This document shows positions 54,063 to 64,000 of a stretch of DNA of 64,000 bases, one piece after another. Numbering within the stretch: position 1 is the first letter of the stretch; every line of letters begins with the position of its first letter. This DNA comes from Lama guanicoe. Its lineage: Eukaryota. The stretch covers positions 3,938,071-4,002,070 of the forward strand of contig MU053810.1 of assembly GCA_013239625.1 (NCBI GenBank), read 5' to 3'. A program made the translations under genes and the position numbers. Under the pieces are notes generated by a model, which ran no database searches, was not told the origin of the DNA, and saw only the letters and a program-made list of their open reading frames with translations.

Positions 54063-54334
54063 TTTCTCTTTCTACATGAGACAAAGTGATACCTAGTTGC
54101 ATTACTGATTAGTATGTCTTTCTAGAAATCCCTCTAAGGATTCCTCATGATACAATAATTCTGGGGAAGATACCAGTAATTCCTGAACACCCAATGAATA
54201 AAGATTTCTCTCCTGTGGTTTACTGTTGCAGCCCCTCCTCTGTTTCCCTGGAGAAAGATAAACAAAAGGGGCCAGAAAAAAAAAAAAAGAGGGGTAACCG
54301 ACATTCAGAGGCTGTCCTGGCACTCACAGGTGAC

Positions 54335-54750
54335 CGTGTTATTCTGCTCTTAGACATAAACAATCATATGGAGTATCAAGCTCAGACAAGGCTGCTCTGA
54401 GACAGGATAAAAATGAGACAAAGCAAGGCCACTTCATCATTTCATCTCAGCACAGACAGAGCCAGGCCACTGTACAATCCACAGAATAGCAAACATTCGC
54501 TCTCTTACTAAATGAATGATGACCATATCTGTACCCAGGCAGAGACAGACCCCCGCTTTCTGGCAGCATTCAACATGGAGCAAAGCCCTCCCTTCCTTAA
54601 GCCTTCCTCCAAGTCACCCAATCAGGTTCTAACACCCGGTCACTGAGACGCCCCATGATTCCACGTGCGATGTGTTCTCCTTGCTGTGATGAGTATTAAA
54701 CCAACCTGTTCAGCCACACATGATGGTCTTTGGCTGGAGGGAAATGACCC
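54335..54750 (+). mobile_element. ERV1-like solo LTR remnant
   Basis: CAGACAAGGC repeats, CCCAATCA, TGGTCTTTGGCTGGAGGG end motif. Confidence 0.5.
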
Positions 54751-57700
54751 TCTCATAGCGTGGACTAAATGTTTCAATTATACTATCTGTTTAGTTTTTT
54801 CCTGTCTTCACAACTAGACAGCAGGCTTCCACAGGACAGGGACCAAACTTGTTCTGTTCTCTGTTATATTCAAAGCACCTAGTCTTTATCTGGACCATAG
54901 TTGATGCTCATTATTTGCTGACTAATTAAATGAATACAGAGGAAACTGGGAGTAGACTCATATTCCCTGGATTCTTCACACATCTCTCCCATAGGAGAGC
55001 AATTCAGCAATTAGGTAGTCATCAGCCTGTGGGGAGGAAGTCCTAACAAAATACACTGGAAAATGTCCGTGAAACCACTTTGTAAACCACACTTACTTTT
55101 TTCCTAACATGACTCTTAATGGTCATGAAAACCATCCCTCAGAGTTTGGACTTCAAACTGTTCCCAACAACATCTGTGAAGCTGTTTCCTTGGTTCCCCC
55201 TCCTATATTCTTTATTGGTTTCTTGTTTTTCTTCTAATTACAAAAGCAATATCAATCAATTTCAGTGTTTGGAAACTTTGGACAATGTAGTGAATATAAA
55301 GAAAAAAATAAACCTATGTCCTGCTCTCAAAGCAGAGACTCAGTATTTTCCCGAGATTTAAAGAGCAATGCAAGTTATGTTATTTTGGGTGATTCAGGAA
55401 GGAATTTTTGAAGGTATTTAGTAAGGGGACCCAGGAATGCCAGAATCCTGCCCTGCCAATCAGCCAGTTACCTTTCTGTCTCTGACTTGTTCATCCCACC
55501 TTGAATAATGACCACAGGAAACAAAGTTTCTCTTTGTTACTTAACTTCTGAGCTTTGGAGAACCTGGATAAATCTGGATTCCAGTTGGCAGTTAGGCTAT
55601 AGAGCAATGGGACAGGTAAGGGTGGAGGGATGGAGGGGACAAGAATGGTGATGGAGCAGACCAGTGAGGGGAGGGAGTGCTTCCTGTCTCTGACTTCAGT
55701 CCAAGTCATGAGACCAGCCTTACATACAGTTCCAGAACTGTTAGCCATGACCAGCAGGCTCAGAAATACAAAGATGTATATTTTTTTCCATCACCTTTTC
55801 TATCCACAGCAATTCCTTTCATTATTTTCCCCAATGGATTGCAATCTTTTGAATGAGCTCTTCTGGCCAAAAACATACATTGGGAGAGTATCTATTGCAA
55901 TTGTGTGTCTATTGCAAAACTGAGCCATGTCTCTATCAGGTAAAAATCATTATCAAAAATTTAACGATATTAAAAACTACACAGACCAGAGCTGTGGTTC
56001 TGATGTTAATAAGCAAAAATGTTACTTGATGCCAACAAATGATAATGTAAGTAATACACGGACACTTTGGCACTGTTCACTGTTATTATTGCTCACTAAA
56101 ATTTAGTAGTTACTCTGTACTTATGCCTGACATTAATTATGTGTTAGATGGATAAAATTGGGGTTGTTAAAACTCTAGAATGTTGGAACCCTCTGGTAAC
56201 CATTTGCTTCATCTAATAAACTCTAGGAATCTCTATGATGTCATCAACAGCCAATCAGAGCTTCTATTGGTATGTAGTCACTGGACTAAATAACTGTTTA
56301 CTTTCCACCATGTGCCAGGCATGTACTGAGTACTCTCCCAAGATAGATGAATGAAACAGTCCCTTTCTGGAGAGCTTGTAGTGAATTACCAGTGCGATAA
56401 CCACACAGTCAATGTGTTTCAACAAAAAGCAAAGAAACAGTTTGTATAACCTTTTGAAATTATGGTTTTACTGATCTTTTTAAAGTATTAAAAATAGCTC
56501 TAAATCTCCATCATTATGTTCCTAGACTTCTGGTGGGAACAACTGATCATATCACAAATTTCAGCAAATAACACCAATGTCTCAATAGGTCAGAATCTCT
56601 ACTCTCAGTTTTATTATTATTTGCCTGAGGATTTTTAAATGTCTTTTAAATACGTAAAGCTCTTAGTTATCCATTATGAGGGGAAAAATAGTAAACTACT
56701 TTGAAGTTGTGAAACACACCTGAATTAAGTGGTATTTGCTTCTAATTGGATCTCAAAATGTCAAAGTCCTTACAGTTTTCCTTTGGATGGTCTTGGGTGC
56801 AAAACACCAGTCATCACTGGCATAACCTTAAAGTCACTCTTTAAATTAAGATACTATTTAAGAACTTTATATATTAGGAGCTGCCTTTTTATTCCTGACA
56901 AAGATCATCACTCCATTCACTTAGGTAATCAAACAATTTATTATTAACCTGACTCAAAGGACCACATTTATAGAATAACACCCTTCCCTTTCAGTTTCAT
57001 AAGGTTTTCAGATGATTCCTAGAAACTTCATCCAAAAAAGCACCCAAAGATCTTCAGGATCAGCACAAATTAGACTCATCTTCATCACAAAGGTCTACTC
57101 ATGAGACTAAATGGAATTTCCCTTCTTCCTTGGAAAGACCTTGGACCAGGACATGTACTGAGTACTCTCTCAAGATAGATGAATGACACCAAAAATAAAG
57201 AATGTTTGCTCTGGAGTGGGATTGCTTTGGGTTCAAATCCATCTCTTGCCACTTACTGTATATTCTGTACCTTAATTCCCTCATCTGTAAAATGGTAATA
57301 ATAAAAGTGCTTATCTTGTAAAGTGGTTGTGAGGTTGAACTGAATACATGGAAAATTCTTAAACAGTGCCTGGAACATACTAAGGGTTCAATAATGTTAG
57401 TCATTAGTATGTGGTTTTATTCAAAAGTATTCTGTTAAAAATGATATTGATTGAAGGTAATCAGAAAATTTCTCAACTAGTGGCTTGGGAGAGAGCTTCC
57501 CAAATAAGTTTTTATTTTTTTTAACTTGTTTGTTTTTTAATAAAGGTCCTTTGATCTTCACTTATTATTGAGTAAATAGGGATCCAACTGAACGTGACTT
57601 TCTTCCTATATGGCTTTTCAGTAATGCAAAAATTGCTATGTACTTAATACCTTGCTTCCTTAGTCTGATTTTTTTTTCAAGCATCAAATAATGACTGGTA

Positions 57701-58006
57701 GGATTTATTGATATACTAAGAACACTCTGCCTGTGTCTTACTATCACATTCACAAGGAATCCATTAACTTAATCAATAAATGTTCATGGTAGCCAAGTTG
57801 CCAAGAAATCCAATATCCCTAAGGTATTAGTGAAGGGACCACAATCTTAGCAACATTTACTGACTCATCTTGTATCTCTCTGAGTCATTTGTAACTTCCC
57901 AAAGTTAATGCTCTTCTGAGAAAATGTCCAAGTAAATGATACAGTGTGGTATTTTTGAGGCTCTGATCTCACTTACAGAGCCAGTAACAGAGGAAATTTC
58001 TCTCTG

Positions 58007-58087
58007 GAGGAAAAAGAGAGAGAGAGAGAGAGAGAAGAAAAAGGAGAAGGAGGAGGAAGAACAGGAGAGGGAGGAGGAGGAGAAAAA
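58007..58087. repeat. Near-pure purine tract (GA)n/(GGA)n
   Basis: Direct read. Confidence 0.85.
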
Positions 58088-58689
58088 CACATAAAGAAGC
58101 CTTTTAGAAAAAGAAGTTTCTGTTTTTCCTTCAAGTATTTTGAGATTGTCTGTCTTCCTATCCTTATATTCTTAGCTCTGGAGATGCGTGAGTGCCTGAA
58201 ATGGGAATGAGAGATTGCATTCAGATTTAAAAAAAAAATAGATTTCACAATTCAAAAACGTTTGACCAGAAGCTCTTTTAATGAGTCATAAATCTTTACA
58301 TTAGTGAGCTTTATAGAGTGATGGCAGAAGTTTTGCGGTGCGAGCAGATTTCGTATGGCATAGGTTAGGAAGTCTTGCAGAATAAGAAGAATAACTTTTG
58401 CCTACTTGGAGGATTACTCAAATATCTCTGTGCAGATTGCCTCATTTAGACACTCAATTTTAGAACAGTAATCCTTGACACCAGAAAGAGGAAGAAAGAA
58501 AATGCCAAGTTTGTTACTTGGTTTTTACGAGAAAAAATAGAATATGTTCAACACAATTTACTCAGGTACAAGGAACATCCATGTTATTCAAGAATTATGG
58601 CCAGTTAAAAGGATGAGACACATTTTGAGAAAGAAAGTAAAAGCTTAAAAACTGAATGTGATAAAATACCTAGTAATTCATTCTCTTTC

Positions 58690-59210
58690 AGCAGCTTTAT
58701 TGAGATGTAATTCAGGTACAATGCAATTCACCCATTTACAGTGTAAATTCCAGGTTTAAAAATATATTGACAGAGTTGCACAATCATCACTGTCATCTAA
58801 TTTTAGAATATTTTCATCATCCGAAAAGAAACTTTGTACCCATTAACAGTCACTCTCACTTCCCCATTCCCCCTCATTTTCCACCCAAAGACCTAGGCAA
58901 CCACTCATCTACTTTCTGTCTCTACAGATTTGTGTCTAGTTTGATTAAAGATTGTCCAGTGGTGAGAAGTTTTATCTAATTGTGGTTTTGGTTTACACTG
59001 CCCTAAAGAAAATGGCATTGGGTATCTTTTCATGTGCTTATAAGCCACACTTATATTTCCTTTGGAGAAATGTTTGTTAAATCCTTTCGCTCATTTTCAA
59101 AATTAGGTTGTCTTTTTATTGTTGAGTATAAGAGTTCTTTACACATTCTGGATGAGCCAGGTATGTGATTTGCAAACATTTTCTCCCATTCTGTGAGTTG
59201 CCTTTTCACT
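58690..59210 (-). mobile_element. L1M 3' fragment
   Basis: CAGCTTTATTGAGATGTAATT..., CTAGGCAACCACT, TTTGCAAACATTTTCTCCCATTCTGTG. Confidence 0.78.
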
Positions 59211-60279
59211 TAGTAACTTATTCTTTTGATCACTCCTTATTTCTGGAAACTCTGTATCTTTGATTCATTTCAAGACTACCTCAACAGATCTGACTCCTTT
59301 CCCCTCCTTAAACTTGAACATCTTTACTTGCAACCCTCCCCATATTTTTTTCCAGGCAGGCAATTGAATAATCCATTCCTACTTGACTATTTTTCCATAA
59401 AAACAAGTAGTTCTGATAAATTTGCCTGCTTCCTTCAGAAAATGTGATCTCAGATCCCAGTGGGAAAGCCTATACATAGTCTAAAGACAGCAATTCTCTT
59501 TTATTTGTAACAAGAAATGTATTCAGTTTTTGCTTGAAAAAGGGTTCTAGACATTTGGTTCAAAAAAATATTCAGAAGGCTGGAGGCCCCACTCTTATTT
59601 TCAGGCATTAATTTTGAACTAAGTCATTATTTGAGTGCTTGTCACATTGCTTTCATCGAAAATACAGAAAAATTTTTACCATGTAAGAATAGAAATATAA
59701 CCAGGTATACGTAAGTAAATTCAAAGAAAATTCCTAATATGATGTAATTAATTACATTAATAATTACAGTCTATTTTAAGGTTTAAAATTCATCTACCTC
59801 TTTTAGTTCTAAATGTATACATGAATATTTATATCTCATATGACATGATAGATGGATTAAAAAAATACCTACACCAACATTAATTAAAGATGCTCTAATT
59901 ATGACATTTAGGAAAGTGGTAAATTAAATATATGTCATCTCTTAAAAAATAGTATATTCAGTCATACCCCAGGCATTTTTAAATTTCAAAAAGATTTGTT
60001 TAAAAGAAATTTGCTGAAAGTGTGCTTAATGGGGAATAGGCATAAAATTTATATAACTGCATGCCTATTAACCTACTACTAAAAATTAATTATATTAATA
60101 CATATTTATAATTTCTTCTTTGTCTCACAGTCCTCAAAGTTTAATACAATTGAGTAAATATCCTTCCCTATTTTATAGGTTTTTCTCCATTTATAGGTTG
60201 TAGTATAAGTGTAATAGGCTTTTATATATTTACATATAGTAAAATAAATACAGATTTGTTTTGTTTTAGTCTTTTGTGT

Positions 60280-60610
60280 AAATTGAAGTATAGTTGGTTT
60301 ACAATGCTGTGTTAGTTTCTGATGTACAGCACAGAGATTCAGTTATAATATATATTCTTTTTCATTATAAGTTATTATAAGCTATTGAATATAGTTCCCT
60401 GTGCTGTACAGTAAGACCTTGTTGTTTATCTCTTCTGTATGTAGTAGTTTGTATCTGCTAATCCCAGACTCCCACCTCCTCTTCCCCCTTTGGTAGCCAT
60501 AAGTTTGTTTTCTACATCTGTGAGTTTGTTTCTGTTTTGTAAATAAGTTCATTTGTGTTATTTTGGGAGGATTCCATATAAAAGTGATATCATATGATAT
60601 TTGTATTTTA
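60280..60610 (-). mobile_element. Artiodactyl-type L1 3' end
   Basis: ATTGAAGTATAGTTGGTTTACAATG...AATATAGTTCCCTGTGCTGTACAGTA...ATAAGTTCATTTGTG. Confidence 0.8.
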
Positions 60611-63600
60611 TTATTTTCAGGTATATGTGAACTTCCTCAAACTGAAAGGATTTATTATTTTCATGTGGAAAGCACAAGTTCTTCTTTAAACATTGACTTA
60701 TTCAACCATCATAGTATTAATGGAGAGCCTCAGTGAAGATTCAACAGGGAGAAGAGACAGGTCATTTCCTTACCTTCACAGTGCTTCTAATCTAGGAATT
60801 GGGCAAGTAACGGAATGGTACCCAGACTTGCCCGGAAGAAGCATCATCTAAGCCAAGACTTCATGCATGAATCAGAGTTACCTGGGTGAAGTGTTCAAGC
60901 AAAGGGAGCAATATGTTTAAAAGCCTAGAGATAAGTGAGACAGGGTCCAGTTAGGGGTCTTAATGTCACTTCTTATGTCTGGAACATAAAGGGGAGACAA
61001 ATCATGAGTATTGAGAGATAAGGGCTGAAAAGGAAGCCAGGAGCCTGACCACCAAGCCCACTAAACTGTTCAGAAAAACCATGGGGAACCACACAGGACC
61101 TTAAGCAGAGGAGGGTAACAGGATGAGATATGCAGTTTTGATATGTAATAATAATAACAACAATAATAATGATTGCTAATTTTTATTGGATTGATAATAT
61201 ACCAGACAGTGTGCTAAATGCTTTATATCATACACTCTTTAATATATTTTTCAAGTTAAATTACTGTATCTGACAGTAAAAGCTGTATGCATTTTGTTAT
61301 AATTGTCAGAAGGTGGTAAGGAGAAACACATTACAGTCTACTTAAGTAGGGTTTTGTTCCATGATTACCAATGTGAGTGTGGCTTTATGCCAAGAAGGAC
61401 CCCAGCTTTAGAGAACACAATTTGACAATGAAAACAAACAGGAGACTTTTCATTTCGAGAACATAAAATTATTTGGGAAAAGTGGTTAAACTACAGAGCA
61501 GCTGTGAATAAGTTTGAATTATTCTTAATGTATTTCCCTATAGTGCAATTTTGTGTTAGCATAATACTTAAGTGGTAAGTGGGGATTTGGTGGGAAAGCC
61601 TTAAAAGAAAGTTTAAAATGTGTGCCTTGAATTACAGAAGTACACATAATGTTTTTGAGAAGACATAAAACTCTCAGGAGGGGTAACATCTTTGTACTGA
61701 AAGGGTTGCCAAAGACATTGTTGAAATGAAGAGCTGTAGAAACTATCATGAAGTTACTTTGCCAGCCATAGTCTGGACATGCTCCCAGAACTGACATTAA
61801 AAATAGATAGCAATGAAAAGGGTACAAGTACCAATTAGTCAAAAAGGATTCAGATCACAGAGCTGGAGGGTCCCTGCTGGGTTCTGGGTGCTGGGGGTAT
61901 CTGGAGTGCCGAAGGAGGAGACACACAGACACTAGAGCAGCTGGGAGACCTCAGAGGTCATAGGGTGTTGGCTGTTTCCTAAGGAATATGAAACTATTTC
62001 AATATTTTGTTACCAACTAGTATGACTCTACCGGTAGGTATTGGCTTAATATTAGCTACACGTGTTCCTATTTTTAGTAGGAATAGGAAAAGCTATAAAA
62101 AGATGGCAAGATGGTAGGTATTTGTACAAGGTACAGGAAAAACGTGCTCAGAGAACACCGCATTTGAAAACAATCAGTAAATTTCACACCCCTCAAATAG
62201 TCTTATGTTCCAAAGAAAATGAGTCAGAACTTCAAAACAGCATAAGCAGAGCCCAACTTTTTTTTAAAGAAAGTGTTAACATTTATCGTAATGGAGATAG
62301 ATTGTGCTCAACACTGGAGGAACTGTAGCTTTGGTTCTTCACTAAAAAAGGCCATGAAATTGTCAGAATGCACTCTCAGTTTCAAATATTTATCTGGCTC
62401 TTAGAATACACGAGAACACCAAGAATAAAAATAACACTCTCCATGCATAAGGACAGCTTCCTTGTCAAAGCGTACGTCAGGAGGTGAGGCTCGAAAGCGA
62501 AGATGTCGCGGGTCTGCCATGTGCTGCTGGGTGATCTCTGGCGAGCTCATGTATGACTTAGAATACTGGTTTAACTGCTTCAATAGAGATCAAACTAACG
62601 GTGGCTGAAATAAAATACATTACTCTGTTTCTCTTTCATTTAAAAGTCCAAGCTGGTAGGCAGGCAGCTTCAGGTGGTTATTGATTGGAGGACTTGGGCA
62701 ATTCCGTGCCGCAAGGCGTGGTCTTACCTGTGCTGTGGCAGGTGTCTCAACACTACATCTACGTTCCTGCCTGTAGGGAATGGGGCTGGGGTGGGGCGGA
62801 ATCTAGGAGCGGAAGGTATTCCTTTAAACGGAGGGACCTAACGAGGTACATTCATCAATTCCTGTCACCTGGTTCTTATTGAGCCACCTGACTATATCCA
62901 ACTGCAAGGGAGACTGAGAATTGTAATCTCTCATTGGCCAGTCATGCACTTACCTAAAACCATGGAGGTTCTAGTATTACAAGGAGAAAGAAAAGGTGGA
63001 TATTGGGGAACTGTTAGCAGACTCTGCCACATTTAACTACTTTGAGCCCCCTTTTCACCTCTGGGAGACGCAGACAAGTGTTATTGAATGATCCGTGTGT
63101 AGAAACTACTGAACCCAGTGCCTGGCACATGCTAAGTGCTCAACAATAGTTGGTTTCTTCCCTCCCTGTCTTCATGCAATGGCGGCCCTGGTGGTGACCA
63201 CAGGATTCTTGCTTACAGAGGACCCAGGTAGGGAACAAGGCAGACCTGGTATAAGCAACAGTCACGTGGTACCAGTCTAGTCACTGTCATCCTGTGTCAC
63301 ATCCATGAAGATGTGGTCACAAGTTTTACTAATTCACAAGGTTTACTAGTTTACTACTTCTACTAGTCCTCAATTTTTATTGTTAAATAGCATTTTCCTC
63401 TATACCTGGATTCCTTTCTGTTTTGATGAAGTGAGAATTATGCCCTAGAGGGAGCATCTCTAGGAAATATAAAGGATCCCTTCCTGATCAAAGCTCTGAG
63501 GAAGAGTCTCGTAGAAACCTTCCAGGGCCAGCCCTTCAGGTTTTTCTCCTCTACATTCTACTCTCTTAAAATCTACCCCCAAGGGGCTAAGCTCTGCTCG

Positions 63601-63781
63601 GGACCACCACTCTTTCTCTTCCATTCAAATCTAGATCCTAGGTTCCCGAGATGCTTCTTTATAATTATTTCTCTATTCTTCCCAGTAATCCCAACATACT
63701 AATCTTAAGATATCTTCCATGTCTTATTACCAGAAGGAGAAGTACTGCCTTCTTCTTAATCACATTTCTCTTATTTTATAA

Positions 63782-64000
63782 TAGGTAGTCTCCAAGATGA
63801 GCCTCAATAATCTTTACCTTATGTCATCACTTTCTTGCATAATCTACTCTCACACAGGATGAGAGCTGACCCGTGGGATCCACAGATTATGGTGGCGGTA
63901 ATGCTGTGTGATATCAAGGCTAGGTCATAAAGGCCACTGAAGCTTTTGCTTTGCTCCTTTGTGGAGCCCTTGCTCTGGGGAACACAAGCCAGGATGCCAT
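63782..64000 (+). mobile_element. MLT1-like LTR running off the window
   Basis: CTCCAAGATG...AGGCTAGGTCATAAAGGC...CTTGCTCTGGGG. Confidence 0.6.

Overview
Mammalian genomic DNA, most likely camelid (inferred from several copies of a tRNA-derived SINE starting GGGGAGGGTATAGCTCAGTGG and artiodactyl-type L1 3' ends). The left ~27 kb holds the CpG-island promoter and first four coding exons of a minus-strand gene I recognise as the C10orf67 ortholog (exons 26616-26710, 17247-17367, 10058-10201, 7286-7360; all GT-AG and phase-compatible). The gene continues beyond the left edge. The rest is intergenic. There are two L1-generated processed pseudogenes with target-site duplications: UBE2D3 (8075-9318, antisense in intron 3) and SPATA5L1/AFG2B (49922-52380). 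Many LTR, L1, L2/MIR, SINE and hAT remnants fill the remainder. I found no evidence of a new multi-gene system. The most notable observations are: a stop-interrupted sequence upstream of exon 1 resembling the human C10orf67 N-terminus, two insertions stacked at one L1 target site, apparent splice variants fossilised in the SPATA5L1 retrocopy, an identical 358-bp tandem duplication, and a candidate poison microexon. Gene and repeat-family names rest on my recall of reference sequences, not database searches; repeat boundaries are approximate unless a TSD is given.
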